DNA of 63,250 nucleotides, counting the filler, from Choristocarpus tenellus KU-1152 (Eukaryota; Protista; Phaeophyceae): assembly GCA_964200185.2 (NCBI GenBank). It is 12 parts of 12 records of this genome, joined end to end, with 100 filler letters (N's around TTAATTAATTAA, not from the genome) between each part and the next. Parts side by side here need not be neighbours in the genome. Positions count along the whole stretch, not along the records: positions 1 to 9,488 come from CAXNAD020003637.1; positions 9,589 to 14,035 come from CAXNAD020014509.1; 10 more parts are not named here. One strand, 5' to 3'. Every line of letters starts with the position of its first letter. The stretch's first letter is position 1. Below the pieces are notes generated by a model. That model was not told where the DNA came from. It was given only the letters and a program-made list of their open reading frames with translations, and ran no database searches. Position numbers and translations under genes: made by a program. Shown here piece by piece: positions 1 through 14,135 of the stretch.

Positions 1-525
1 ACATATACCATGGAGGTACCCACCGTACTTACGGCACTTATGGATTTTGTAGAAAGGCGGACACGGTGTATATGAAGGCATCTTGCAGAGGTTTCCCGCG
101 GCATAAGGCATGGCTTCCACTTTATTCCCCTACCAGCAACGTACTGTATTGCTGTGTGGTCACCATGACTCAGGAAGAGCACTTTTCGCGAGAAATTTGT
201 TTCGCTCGCGCCAGATTCGTGTGAATATCTCTGTGATTTTGTACCAAATCGCCCGAGTACGAGAATTCCGGTACAAAAACCTATTTTTGTTGAAACAAGC
301 GATACAAAATAGGTTTGGTACATAATATTTGGTATAAAATCGGGGTAGGTACTGTATTGTAGTTTTACTACCAGTCCAATCATACGATTCAAATGTATGA
401 TGTATAATATAAGATGAGTAGATATGAAATCGGCTGGTCGACCATAATACAAGAAATTGGGAAAGTGGAATTGGAATCGAATGTGTTTGTGTTGGTAGGA
501 GTTTCCTTCAATAGAAAATTGAAAC

Positions 526-3500
526 ATGAGGGGACACTGGTTCGCTGCTGTTACTTGTGCTACCTTGCCATCTACTGCTGGTTTCGGCTTTTCAATTACC
601 ACGCTAAATTCGAATCCAGTGTTGCATGCTGTCTCCATAGCGAGCCGATTTACAGTGAACACCCATGTTGAACATAGTAGGCAAAGGATAAGTCGACGGA
701 CAATGCTGGCTGCAGCGATCGAGAGCGTTGCCGTCGTGGGAGGTGGAATCGGAGGTTTGACCACAGCGATTGCTCTCCAGAAACTTCCTACGGGGGTCAA
801 GGACGTGCAACTGTTTGAAAAATTCGACACTATCAAGCCTGGCATAGGGGCAGGCATCCAGATCAATAGTGGCGCATTAGTACTCGCTCGTCTTGGTCTG
901 GGCGAGGCTATAAAGGTGGGTTTATTCCAATGTGAAAGCTGGTGAAACATTTTTTGACAAATCCCCTCAAGGGACGGTACTTGCTGCCCCTTGAATGTAA
1001 TTTCTAACTTACGGCCTGTTCGCAAATGTTAACAGGAAAGCGGCATTCCAGTCAAGCGCATCTTGAGCAGGACAGTCGACGGCAGAGTTATCCTGGACCT
1101 GGACATCCATCAGAGTATTTGGTCAGATAGTGAGCGAAAGAGGTTGCTCACAGATGGCGGTACACCTATGGTACGGTGTTATTGGATAGGCACTCGAAAC
1201 TATCCCCACTTCGAAGTTGGCAATCTCAACAATATCAATCCTAGGGGACATGCAGTATATAGTTTGGGGGGTTCGATGGTAATTTTGCCAGTTTTTGTAC
1301 TATTTTCCCATAGTAGTTGTAGAGCTCTATGACATCTTGTCTTTGTCGTGTTCGTTACGCTGAAGTTACAGTAAATACTCAATACTTCACATCATTTACA
1401 AATATCCAACCAAAACAAGAAGAGAAGGTCAACACTAGTAGCTGTGCATTGTGCTCTTTCCTATATCGTATATGGTGGCATGGTGCCTTCCGCTGATTCA
1501 GTTTGCTGCCCTTGACAGCAGTAACGCTAAGGAATATCTCAACACCAAAGTTTATGAAGCAATGGAAAAGGGACCAATGAACCGACCTGAGTATGATGCT
1601 TTGCCAGTGGAAATGAATGCCTAGTGGAAGACTTCAGTGTTAGTTAGCATTAACCCACACCTCTTCTCCCTTCTCTACTCTCCTCTTACCATCAGCCCTC
1701 ATTTCATGGTGTCCCTTATGTCCCCTGAACAGCTCTTCACAGTGATGCGTGACCGACTTATGCAAATATTATCAGATGCACTGAAGCCTGGAATCGTAAA
1801 TGTGGGAAGGGACCTGGCCTCCATCAATGAAACCCCAGAGGGAACCTTCCTCACCTTCACTGACAAGTCCATTGCTGGACCGTTTGACCTTGTTGTCGGG
1901 GCTGATGGCATCAATGGTGTTGTTCAAAAGAGCATATTGAGGAAAGGTGGGGAAGGAAGGGTCAATCCCATCAACTCCGGAATAAGGATACAGTTTGGTG
2001 TAGCACCAGCTGGGCAGCGACCAGAAAGGTAGGATGTAATTTGTTGGAGAAACCGAACAGGAAATGAGAGCCTGTAAATTTGATGATACTGGGAGTTGTG
2101 GGGAAGCAATTATCCTGCACTTCATTCTACTCAGTAGTAGACAGCTGAGGTATTATAGGAGTTTCTAAGTGTTGAAAGCATAAGAAATTTGTTGTGTCCT
2201 CCAAGCTGTTCAAGATTTATCCTACCTGGGCAGGAATCAATTCCCTCACCCAATAACATTTTTTAAAACTGATTACTCTGTACAGAGTAGTTAGACCTCA
2301 CCCTCCTAAACGTCCCCTCAAACTCTTTGCAGGTCAGAGGGGGAGTTGCACATGTGGTTTGGTGGGGATACTTATGCTCTCACTGGCACCTATGGAGGAA
2401 TTGGAGGAGACAAGTATGATATGTTAGCTGCTGTATACCAAGACAAGGAGAGGCAAGAATACCCCTCTTTAGTAATTTTATGTTGATGTAACACTATCAT
2501 AGGTCATGGCAATAGGCTCTTGATTGTACAGCACATCCAGTATTGCTTGGCATTGATATTTGTCAATCATTGTGTAATCTATGATATGTGAGTGGGCAAT
2601 GTACAACCCCTGCTAGCTTGGGATAGTTTTTGTGAGAGTTTATTGTTGAGGAGAGAACTTCAAATTTACACTCTACAGGACCTCCACAGATGCACTTGGT
2701 TGGGACTTTTACCTGCCGTACTTGAATCAGCCCCATAACCCCACCATCTGAAAGCTTCTTGATGTGATGCTGCAGAAAGGATGAGAACGCAAGCTGGGAC
2801 AAAACAGAGACCAAGCAGGTGTGCCTACAACGCCTCCGCACACTGGAGTTTCCTCAGGAAGTCTATGGGGTGGCAGAGGCGTGCAACCGGTTCTTTGAAT
2901 TAGGGGTGTACTACAGGAACCCTCTGCAGGTAGAGCACTGAAAGTTTATGCTGCTCTGATTATTATGATTTTGCTTTGGTCAGAATTGGGAAGCAGACAA
3001 CCAACAAAGAACATAATGTGAAGCAATCTTGCTCACTTTTGTGGGGTCTACTTATGAATGGTTTGTGCATGCGTGAGTGTGCCGGTGTCTTTTGCTCTGA
3101 GGGTAAGGGGAAGTGGGCAGCAATGGGAAGGACAATTACCTTGAGAACCCTCTCACATTGATGATCTATGTTTAAACAATATGTGGGGACCTATTCGCTC
3201 AAATTCTCATTCTAAGCTCCTGTTGAAATAGCAGCTAGACTTCACATTCTTGCTTTACGAAGATTAATGTTGTTGAAGTCTTCACCACAGGATTGTATGG
3301 AAGGAATCCCTCACCAGACTTTTTTTACATCAGTCCCATCTCTACACAGTAGTGTCCCTGCCATTGCTCACACCAGTATCTAACACCTCCATCTATATGT
3401 AACATTTTTATGATTGTGAGAGCAGGCATGGGTGGGTGGCGATGGCAGTAATATCCTCCTCCTTGGAGACGCAGCGCATGCCATGCCTCCTAATCTGGGA

Positions 3501-4070
3501 CAGGGGGCCAATCAAGCGATACAGGTAAGTTTAGGGGGCGGTGGAATGTTCTACCAGTAGCTATCATATCCCCTGTGTCTCACACAATAAGCATGTGTAG
3601 ATGTGGTGTTACATGCAATTTTTCCCGATACGTTGTGTCTTACAGAGGTAGTACCACCAACTACATTTCAAGTCATTGGTTTGAGGCTGAACACAATGAT
3701 GGGCAAGAGCTCATGGGCTCCTCCCTCCCTCCACTTCCCAACATCCTGCATACAAACTGCTCTCTCCCCTTATCATCACTCACATATACCAATCACACAA
3801 CATGGTCAGGATGCCTACTGCCTGGCAGAGTGCCTTGTAGAATTGAACAGTGGAGGGCACGGGGGGAGTCTTCGCAATGCATTGGGGCATTATGAGGCAA
3901 AACGGAAACTGCCTGTAACATCGTTGCTGGTCAAGAGTGCCGTGGTTGGGGCACTGGAAACCCTGAGTGGACCTTTTGGAGAGGCATTCAGGGCCAATTT
4001 TTTTTATGGAATGTGGAAAGTGGGGGGGGCAGAGAGAGTATTCATTGATGGTGCTACACCCAAGGTATAG
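526..4070 (+). CDS. FAD-dependent monooxygenase (zeaxanthin epoxidase/salicylate hydroxylase-like, group A), 7 exons, probably plastid-targeted
   Basis: Exons 526-915, 1036-1170, 1733-2028, 2333-2452, 2776-2929, 3426-3524 and 3810-4070 splice in phase. All three flavoprotein hydroxylase fingerprints are present: VVGGGIGGL, LVVGADGI and LLGDAAHAMPPNLGQGANQAIQDA. The N-terminus is a hydrophobic signal ending TAG|F followed by a S/T/R-rich transit-like stretch. Confidence 0.9.
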
Positions 4071-4911
4071 GGTGCAATACCAAAATAGACTAATTCATGG
4101 AGGAAGGTAACCCATCTCCAGGTTTGTGATGAAACGTAAGTGATGGCTCATCTGAGCCTGGTCTCCCCACCATTCTGAACATATTACCAAGTTTCAGACG
4201 AAAGGTGTTCAAAGTTCTGTTTTCCTTGCCACTACCAAGGGATTACACACCAAGCACCATTTGTGTTGTGTTTTAAGACCTTCGGAGTTTTTGGTGAGGT
4301 GTCGACTATGCTACTCTAACATAGTATTGTGAACTCTTGGATCTTACATTCATAAGTGTCCATATTTCTACAAAACAAAGTAGGAGTAAGTGCCCTCTGT
4401 TCATGTCAGATATAAATCTGTACTGTGTAGTAAAATTTGATTGTTCCCCCACACCTATCTAGTGTGTTTTGGGCAGGTCGTTTATCACCATATAGAGCTC
4501 TACAGGAGTTGAAAAAAGGCCATCAGCCTTCAGGGCAAACAGTGATGATAGAATTTGAATATTAAAGGTTGGATTATGTGTCCCAGAACCACTGTAACTT
4601 GGTTTTTTAAGTTACAGTAGTACCTACTGGAGCACTCAGTTCTTTTCACATAGACCAATGATAAAAGTTGTGACATACATACATCCCTATGTGTTCCTCA
4701 TGACGATCAGCGGTACACTTCCATTGTGTGCAACAAAAAGTTAGTGGGAGCAACTGATCAAGCAATACTTTAATCAAGTTACTGCAAGATGTCGGAACAA
4801 TGGTGCAGCAGAACAGGCATCAACATGGTATGTCCATGCTATTAATAGTAGTTTATGTTGTAGGTATTTAGTAGTAAATCTCATCTAACATTCAGGCTAT
4901 GAACCTAGTGC

Positions 4912-5172
4912 AAGCCAAAGTATCTTCGAGGGTAGAGACACATAAATTTGGGGCCCAAAATCCAATGTTGCGATTTTGATGTAATTTTGGCTATCGTGTT
5001 TGTTAGGAAGCGTCAATATCCTTGTTCCGGACACACCTTTTCATAACATACACATTTTTCCTACTCTGAAACTTTTTTCCAGAGTAGGAAAATGTCATAA
5101 AAATACCGAGGGAAGTCAAGCCCCAAATGGACAAACAGGGCAAAACTTGTACCCTCTAAGATACTTTTATTC
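4912..5172 (+). mobile_element. MITE family A, full copy (~260 bp)
   Basis: TIR agccaaagtatcttcgagggta...taccctctaagatacttttattc. Internal sequence matches the copies at 24753, 39144, 40920 and 61436. Flanks tgca/tgta. Confidence 0.9.
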
Positions 5173-5774
5173 TGTACTAGAAGTGGTGTGAACACACTAA
5201 ACTCTTCCTTGGGGGAGATAGAATAAAAAAAGCTTTGGGCATTTAAATTTTTAGTGGCTTGTTGCCTATTCCTGAGAAACTACACTGGGTTTTTTATTTC
5301 AAGAAGGCCATTTATGTACCACATTGATATACAATAATACATTCCAAGACCACAGATGACAAGGGAATCTAAATGTTAATGCCTTGAAGAGCATCTGATG
5401 TACACCAGTATGGCCTTGCCACAAAAATTTCATTGCATTTTCATTGTCGCATTCTCCCTTTTACAGATTTCATTTGGAACCTTGCAATATCAAGAAATGC
5501 TTGGAAAGTAAACAGTTACTCGCAGTAACTCGAAAAAGTTGCAGATAATGCAAGAAGAAAGGAATGCACGACTTGTAATCAGGAGAGCAGTGTATAGGAT
5601 TACCTGGGGTCATCGTTCAATTCCCCTCGCTCTTGATTGGGAATAACAAGCTTGCACTCCCTGACCTGACACAGCTTTCACAAGATACCATACCATAGTT
5701 CCCAACCTTGGCAATCCATTGCCTACCTCCAAACCCATCAATCTGCAGGCATCGAGAAAGCAGAAACACTGAGG

Positions 5775-7999
5775 TCAGTCCCTTCTCAGTAGAGACTCTA
5801 GCACCCCCACTTCTTCCTCAGTCCAGCGTCTGCGAGCCTCATCCCCATCCACAGGTATATACCAAGCTGGAGCTGGCATAGCAGGGTTGAATCGGTAATT
5901 CATAAACACTTCTTCGTCCTGAATATCCCTTGCTGCCAATAGGACTACTGTCTCCACAAGAGCCCAGCGGTCAATTTTCCCACCAAAAAGTCTTGGTGCA
6001 ACGTTGTACCTTTGAAGAAAACCCAGCACCACACAGAGATGTCGCCACATGACACAGAACATATTGAGGCGATGAGTGTAAACAAGGGCATGGGAGAGGA
6101 GGCAGACTGGGTGGAAAGCAAGGAGGCGCTAGGTAACAAGGGAGGACCACTGTTCATACTTGAAATAGTTCAAGGCCACTTTGTAAACCCTTTAAATTAA
6201 AGTGAACCTTTCCAATGGACAAAACAAGACAAGTATGTACAACCTGTTAGGTATCAACGGCCGTAAGTGCTCTGGGAAGCTCCCCCCTCCATGTCCCCAC
6301 ACTCCCCCATTGGTCATTGACGGGAAATCATAGGAGGATTGCAGCACATTGGCAGCAGTGCCTCCCGGGGGATGGTTGGCTGACTGTGCCACAGTTAGTG
6401 GGCTCGATGGCAATCCTGGAGAGGACCGAGCATCTACCACACAGCCATCTGACCGCGCCATGAGGAAAAAATCTTCATCGGGGAGAAGCTTAGATCTGTA
6501 CTCTTCCTGGCAGAGATTCTCAGGAAGATGGACGAGTCCCTGGGACAAGAAGTTGGGCAGGGGTCAGTGGAAAGAGTTTGAAGTGGAAACTAGATCGAAG
6601 GTGTACCTTAATTTGGCATGGCCTCACCACTAAAGAAAGAGGTTTTAGTGGTAGACCTCTTTTTGGTGAGATTATGAGTACTAAGGCTTGTTGCGATGGG
6701 GAGTTACAGTGGGAAAACCTGCAGTTGCAAAAGCTAGGGAGTCTACAACACAAACCCTATGCCTCTCGTATTGCACTCTCACAGGATAGATCGCCACCAG
6801 AGCTCCCTCGGGAGCTGCTCCCTCCACAAACAAGCCGAGTCCCGCACTTGGAAGAGTGGATTCCCTAACCACCGGGCAGTACCCAAGCTCTGCTCTTATC
6901 CGCTCTCTCATGTTCCTATCAACCTCATCGTGTAATGCTTCCGTTCCAAAATTGGGTACAAGGAGACTTCCGTAATCATTGGGGTCTCCCACTGGTGTTG
7001 GCCGTTGGGGGTATTTACAGGGCTGCGCATTCATTTCTAAAGTATCCCTGTGCACGATATCAAAGTAATTCACGACCTAAAATAGTTCATAAACGTAGGC
7101 AAAAGGTTGGGGATGGAGCGAACCGCTTGTTGAAAGGAAGACGAAAAGTCGAAAGTCAAGGTCATAGCAAAAACTTTCAGTAGAGAGCATATCGTCGCCT
7201 GAAGGGGAAAATCGTATTACTATTTTCGAGAATCCAGCATCCTGATAAAAACATATCGAAACCAGTGGGCCCATACAGCCACTGCATTCGTTTCCATTCG
7301 ACAACCTCCTATTGCTAACGACCTATTCCTCATCGAAAAAGTTCCTAGCAGGGAACAAAGGTAGGGACTTCAACGAAAACAGGACAGAAATAAGTCGTAT
7401 CAAAAGTAAGCCTCTGTTTCATTGGTTGTGCCCCTCCAAGTACAACAGCTGTATGTATCAATGGTCGATGTACAAAGAACTCTGAGGTATCTACATTTTG
7501 TTCGTATCCTTTTCAAGATTGGATGCCACAGTGAACGAGGGCTGATCTCTGAGAAACCCACGTGCTGGTCGGAAAGACACTCGAAGGGAGGTATCGTAGT
7601 GAGCAAGGGAGTTTCGGAAATGGGACTGGATATCTGCGTCAAGTTCTACAACATGCAACTCTTCCAGATATTAGCGTGCAAGATCTATATATGAAGGAAA
7701 GAGGTAGAGAGCATGACAGCCAGTCTTGATAAGAAGGACATGAATTGCACACAGTGACCACCAGCAATCCCTCTCACCTGCCTATTGATTGCTGACTGTA
7801 CGCGGACCTTCAGGTCTTTTGCGGAAAGAGCTTCAACCTCCTTTTGGAGGAGAGATCGGTCGAAATTACGTTCATTACTTGAAGCATCAAATGCCCCAGT
7901 TAGAACCACGGCTCGCGCCAAATCATTCTGCTCCTGCAGCTCCCGGGTACTTGCACGGTGGGGCCGGAGTTTGGCAAGCAAGGTTCGTGCAATGATCAT
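5775..7999 (-). CDS. SET-domain protein, SETD9-like, multi-exon
   Basis: SET motifs across spliced ORFs: ESTLPSAGLGLFVEG..PEGALVAIYP|GLVHLP, AQSANHPP, VLLAARDIQDEEVFMNYRFNP. First exon 7999-7778 ends at a GT donor. Exon boundaries between about 7000 and 7700 are not fully resolved. Confidence 0.75.
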
Positions 8000-8351
8000 G
8001 ACTAGAGGCGTCGTTGGTTGGTGGGAAGGGGAGTGTGATGGCTGGACGTTGGTTTTCTTTTTGTTGTTTGTTAGGGTGTATTTTTTACACTAACAATAAT
8101 AGTGGTACAACACTTGCACTTTTAATACAACAATGACAATATATGCACGAGATTGAAATAGTATGTAGTACTTAATTCGCTCGGAATTGAATATAACATC
8201 ACTTTTGTAACCCAGATGAAGAACCAAGATTATGTTTTACATGTTCATATTTTATGGGTGTATTGTGCAGATACCTAAAAAGTTTGCCGACCAAAATCTC
8301 AAGCAAAATGTGACAGCCTACACCTATCTTTGATTCCTCCCCCAAAGCCCT

Positions 8352-9356
8352 TCAAAACTCCATTCCAGCACAGTATTTCGCAGCATCCACCAGGACGTTC
8401 AGGGAGAGCTTGCCCGCCTTATCAGCCTTTTCCTTACTAAGGTGGGGAATTTTGGAGACGTTGTTATCCTTGGACCCCAGCACTTCACCATAGACTGCAA
8501 AGAAACTTTGCCAGACATGCTCTAATGCCTCCCACCGGTATACATCAAACGCCTCCATTGTGGCATCCACCAACTCCTTTGTGTTAGTTACCCCCCTATC
8601 TTTCTTCAGTTGCTAGATGGAATGAAAGAATCCCAAGTCGTAGATGTTGAGGTCAGATAAGTTGACTGACTAGGTCTCTACAAAAATGTCGTCTCCCTCT
8701 GCCTCCTCAATTTCCTCCATGATCCCCCCCTTCCTTGTTGTGTGGCTTTGCCCTGTACTGCTGCGCGAAGATGGTATGTCCTTCTGGCCTAGGCATGTGG
8801 ACCTTGATTGCAGGATGACATCCTCGATCGTGAGCTTCTTTTGCCTCTCCCCGTCTGCCGTGGCTGGCACGAGCATCTTGGTATCCTTGGGATGGTGTTT
8901 GCTGGAGTGCTAAGTGACCTTAGTGTCCACGATTGGCCAGATGTCAATTTTCCCATCAAACCACACCCTGTTGGAGAGCTTCCTAGGGTGGGCCACACCT
9001 GCAACGAACATCACCTTCGTAATGTAACGCTTTTTCTCTGCCCGTGGGAGCTCGAGGGTTCTTTACTGCAGGCACACACCTTGCCCATATCTCTGAGGAT
9101 GTAAAACTACTTCTGGTCCACATGCACCCAGTCATATAGGTCATCCACTAATACCCCACTCTCTCCCCTCCCTCCTGTGCGCGTGGCTGATGATAAAATC
9201 CAACCTGTTGACTTTCTCCTGGTCTGGGATAATTGACTTAATCCACCACTTGACGTTCTTCATCTCCTCGTGCTTGCACAGATCCCACAACAAGGCAAGG
9301 GAAACCCCAGTTGCCGCCAATTTGTAGAAGGATGTGAGGTATACCAATGAAACATT
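8352..9356 (-). mobile_element. Degenerate mariner-like (plant/oomycete DD39D-type) transposase
   Basis: Motifs DLYDWVHVDQK*FY (HVDEKWFY), ITKVMFVAGVAHPR, WFDGKIDIWPIV and SDLNIYDLGFFHSI (SPDLNVLDLGFF), with stops and frameshifts. Interrupted at 9357 by MITE A. Confidence 0.85.
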
Positions 9357-9488
9357 GAGTGAAAGTATCTTAGAGGGTACGAGTTTGCCCTGTTTGTCCA
9401 CTTGGGGCTTGGCTTCCCACAATTGTTTTATGACATTTTTCTATTCCAATATGTTTCGGAGTAGGTAAAATTTATACGTTATGAAAAG
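9357..9488 (-). mobile_element. MITE family A, truncated by contig end, inserted in the mariner remnant
   Basis: Begins gagtgaaagtatcttagagggtacgagtttgccctgtttgtcc, the reverse-orientation end of family A. Confidence 0.85.
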
Positions 9489-9588
9489 NNNNNNNNNNNN
9501 NNNNNNNNNNNNNNNNNNNNNNNNNNNNNNNNTTAATTAATTAANNNNNNNNNNNNNNNNNNNNNNNNNNNNNNNNNNNNNNNNNNNN
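9489..9588. other. Artificial contig spacer (N44-TTAATTAATTAA-N44, stops in all six frames)
   Basis: The identical 100-nt spacer recurs at 14036, 21665, 25341, 34045, 37635, 40818, 46011, 51619, 54715 and 58911. Confidence 0.98.
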
Positions 9589-10774
9589 GGGGGGGGGGGG
9601 GGGCGGGGCGGGGGGGGGGGGGGGGGGGGGGTCGAGGAGGGTTGTTGCAGGGAGCAAAGCAGATGCACTTGCAGTAGCCAGGTTTGCTGAGATGAAGAGG
9701 GTGGCAAAGGAAAGGACAAATGGAAAATATTCCTGGGAGGAGAACAGTAATGGTGAGAAAATATAAAGTAAATGATGAGACTTTGATTTTTCTTTACAGA
9801 AGTGTTACATTGTTTTGCACTCTGGAATGAAAATGGAAGGTTTTTGTTCTGTTGATTCTTGTTGCTATTCTTTCATTTTATTGCTCTGCTTGCAAGTGTA
9901 TGTGGTTTGGGTGAATGTATAGGTAGTGCACTAATTTTATTTTACTGAGGCATGTGGCATATATGTTGATTTTACAAAGTTGATTTGAAATCTGAAAGTG
10001 GCTCTTGATAAAACGCAAAAAGAATTAGTCCTCTTCCCTCCCTCCACACACACTTTGAATAAGATATTTGAGAGGTAAAAAAAAAATTGGAGAGCCTATT
10101 GTCAACTTTCATTGCCGTTTGGCTTATTCTTAGAAGAGGGGTATAATGTAGATACCTCAAGGAACTACTCTTTAGATGGTCAGTGCTGTGGGAGGCAAGC
10201 TTTCAGTATTCGATAACATTTAACAGTAGTAAATTGCTGTAATACTAGTGGTTAAGATTATAACAAAAAATATGTTTGCAGGAGGGGTAGGGGAAAAGTA
10301 TGAAAGCAACAACTTCTATAGAATGGCCTATCTATATATTGCTTAGAGCCACTAGGATGAAGTTCTACTCTACAAGTACAAATCTCCTTACCTTGGTGCA
10401 AGAGGTTGTAATGGCCAGACGGGAGCCCTTGCTCAAGAAATGCATCAAAAATACTTTTTTTGTATTGATAGGGAAAAGTGTTGTGTTCCAGGAAACCTGA
10501 ACCATGCCAATACCAAGTGTGGAGGGTCATTGTTTAGATCTCAGAGAATGAAGATGGGTGTTTATTTTCGGCGATTGGGCAATGTTGTTGTGCTCATTGG
10601 TCTTGCAGCTAGTCCTTAGGTCATTTGTGTTCTAAGTGGAAAGCAATGGTTAGTCTATCTACATGCATGAGTGTGTGTCATACAGAATTCCTACTGTAGC
10701 TTTTCACACGCATGCCTGTATATGCTCTTGACAGATGTAGGTAATTTACCGCTTACCCACTCCAATTTATGCAG

Positions 10775-11948
10775 AGTTCCAGAAATCTAAAAAAGTAAAA
10801 TCATCAAGTGAGGTATTGGTGATGGCCTTCTGTCTTGCCTTCCTCGTGGACAACACCCAGAAAATGTCAGTGAACATATATGTTAGGTTGCTTGTAGTAT
10901 ACTCCGGAGTGCTACGTAGTACATTATATATGTGAAAGGACCCTTGAATTCTTAAAGTAGACTACAGTATTTTGTCATGGCAGAAAGTGTAATTTTGTTT
11001 TGACCTGCATCTTCCTGGCTTGTCGCTTCCCCTCTAATTTCCTCCCAATCCCCATTTCATCACATGCATTACACCTCCACATCGTGAAGCTTTCAATGTG
11101 CAATAAACATATTATACGACCCTTGCCTCTGTCCCCCATTCACCCACCCCCCACCCCTACCACTTCTATAAAAAAAACAAATATTTCTGCCTGGTCATTG
11201 TTTTTCCTGGGTGGGGCGACTGTATGTGTAGAGATGGGGCAGGGGTGGGGGGGGTGGCAATTGAATGGAAAGGGAGGAGGACAGGATGAGAGACTGCGTC
11301 GGGATGTATCGCGGCTTGTGACGGTGATGTCTAATCAGGGTGTTATTTCAAATCGCAACCGGGTGTTCCTGCTTGCCCAGGTGAGAATTGCAAGGGGGCA
11401 GTGAAGGTGGGGGTGGGGGGCAGGGAAGTATGAGGAAGCAAGTTTGTTGTTGGCTCCCCACCCCCTTTTTTTTAAGTGGACAATTTTTAATGTTGTCAAT
11501 GCAATACTTCTACCTTTTGTTTTCTTGACAAACTTCAGCTTTAAAGTGTCTACGATTGTGGAAGATTGAGCGTGTTATGGAAGGGACCATAAATTTTGAA
11601 GGTCTGACGGATGGGAAGTGAGGCATCTATGTATTGAGGGGCACCGCTTCTCAGTGTAAGCTGCAGTAAGTGTTTGTTGCTGTTGCTGTCCTTTCAGGAG
11701 CCCTAACCCCAAGTTGCACAGCAGTAGTACAGAATCTGAGGAAATCCCTCTTTTTCTTTGTGTTGTGGTTAACTGATTTGGTGGTATCAAATTAAATGAT
11801 GTGCTGTTTTCTTATTAGGGCATTTGTGCAGGTGGGGTAATAATTGCTCACATTTGTGCTCGCTTTTTGTTTCATTGAAGTATAGGTATTGAAAGGGAGA
11901 AGCTGTTATGCAGAAAGAAAAATCGCTCAGGCCGTACGACCATCGATG

Positions 11949-11994
<46 letters not shown>

Positions 11995-13832
11995 AAGATT
12001 GGCCGCAATGTCACAGATGAAACCCGAGCCAAACATGCCACCTATCTGGAGACTGGGAACTCCAGGGACCTCTATGCTGCCCTCATCTCTCTATCCGAAC
12101 AGTCTGAATCTCTTAGCTCTGAGTCTGAAGATGAGGGGGAGGGGGAAGAGGGCGAGAAGAAAGAGGATGGAAGGGAGCAGGGGGGGAGGGTTGTTTATCA
12201 GATTGAGGATGAGGAGGAGATTAGAGTGGGAGAGGAACAGGATGATGGTGGTGGTGGTGGGAGTATTTCGCATGGGGGAGGCGAAGGGGGCGATGGTAAC
12301 AGCGGGGGAGGTCCTTCCGGTGATTTTGGCTTAGGGAGGGGAGGATGTGTTTTTGGAAATGGCAACACTGCCATGGAGGAGGTGTGTGTGCGATTTTTTT
12401 TTCTTGAGTTGAGTTGTGTGCTGTGTTTGAAAAGTCTGCTTGACTTTTTTGTTTTTGTGACAATGAGATACTGTTGTTGAAAACAGTCCGGTAGTTGCGT
12501 TGATTGTTTTTTGTCTGTTAGGGGATGAGGGTTTAGTAAATCGACCATTTATATTGGACAACAAAAATAGGACCTTTTTTTCATTAGTTATATAGAGGTT
12601 TTGGTGTAACAGCCAACATACTATTAGTGACACTCCCTTTTGTTGTAAGGTGTTGAAGTAGGTTTGGTAGATGTCAAGGTCTCTTGACTTATGTATCTTG
12701 ACACAAAGGTATTTCATTGTAGGGCAGAGTAAACTGACAGTAATGCTTGCTCCAATCAGATCAAGTTGTTTTGATTCTTAAAAGTGTCTTGCTAATATGC
12801 TCAGTTTTGGAATATGTTAAGAAAGGGAAGGAGAGAAGGTGCATTGGTTACATTGAATCAACCAGCATTCAATTTTTTGTAACTCTGAATCTCAGTAAAG
12901 CATGACTTGTAACTTCTCAGCATGCTTGCTGTGCGACATGTTACAGGCCTTGAAAATCTCCTTCACTCTACCTGTGGCATTCCTAATTACAATAGCACGC
13001 TCTTCCTTGAACAGAAAGTGATGCATCCTACAATGTCACACCACTGTAGCAGTGTGTCTGAAAACCTACTTTTAACAGCACGGTATAGCTTTTGACGTAC
13101 AACCCCCTCCCCCCAATGAGTTACCTGTGTTACAGGAATGTGTCTTCATCTGTCTTGTTGATTATTTACTGGTATGTGTGATATAACATGCTGAAATGCA
13201 CACCCAACGGATTTCAATGTTCAACACAGATAGTCTACCTATGATATGTACTAGGATAAGGTTTAGCAAGAACGGAGTTACCCCCTGCTGAGATTATGGG
13301 TCATGTTGCAATCGAAACTAGTCAATAGAGAGTTGACCTTCATTGTTCCATATATTGCAGCAGTACATATTTAGTGTTACGCATATTTCACGTTCAAATA
13401 CTATCTGAGGAGGCGTTGTCCATTCTGCTGCGTCAAGCATCTCTTCCACATAGCACGTAGAACTCTGCACTTTGTGTAACTTGTATTTTTACTAAGGTAA
13501 TTGCTTAATGAAGATGGGATGCAGAAAAAGATAGTAAAAACCCTCTATTGATGCAGTGGGAAGAATGTGATCTTTGTTGTTGATTGATCAAAATCTAACC
13601 CTGACTTTGACCATACCTTGTTCCTCCCTCCCTCCTCCCCCCTCCCTTCCACTTGTGTTTTTGGCCTCTTGTGCACTTGGTTGACCCCTCCTCTACCACT
13701 GCTGCTTCATTCTGATGTAATCAGTTGTTGAGTGCCATGAGAGGCATGGGACCCACAACAGACGCCGGAGATCATGCTGCAGGGGAGGGGGAGGAGCTTG
13801 CGGAACAAGACCATGGCATGATTCAAGCTTTG
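10775..13832 (+). CDS. Partial multi-exon gene, unknown protein with an acidic/Gly-rich region
   Basis: AG/GT-bounded open exons 10775-10812, 11285-11380, 11998-12381 and 13725-13832. The last three are multiples of 3 and join in phase (DERLRRDVSRL...LLAQ|IGRNVTDE...MEE|LLSAMRG). No family motif recognised. Confidence 0.55.
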
Positions 13833-13995
13833 GTGCGTTTTTTTTTTTCTAAGAGGATAGATTGGCCAATTTCTATTTTTTGTTTCAAGATATACAATTG
13901 AAAGCCAAAAGAGAGGTGTTTTTTGACAAGGAGTTTGTGACGAGGGGATAGAGGTTTTGTGCTGTTGATTCTTGTGGTAATATCTACTGAAGAAA

Positions 13996-14035
13996 GACTC
14001 AAAATATCTGGGAAGGGGTGGCGGCTGTCCATTTG
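13996..14035 (+). mobile_element. MITE family B terminus at contig end
   Basis: gactcaaaatatctgggaaggggtggcggctgtccatttg matches the left end of the 25891 and 36661 copies. Other contig-end termini lie at 21765-21788, 37616-37634, 46111-46138 and 51719-51736. Confidence 0.75.
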
Positions 14036-14135
14036 NNNNNNNNNNNNNNNNNNNNNNNNNNNNNNNNNNNNNNNNNNNNTTAATTAATTAANNNNNNNNN
14101 NNNNNNNNNNNNNNNNNNNNNNNNNNNNNNNNNNN

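Noticed and set aside
9533-9544. Recurring palindrome TTAATTAATTAA
   Set aside because: Always centred in N runs, so it is an artificial assembly linker. ORFs ending in X...N are artefacts of it.
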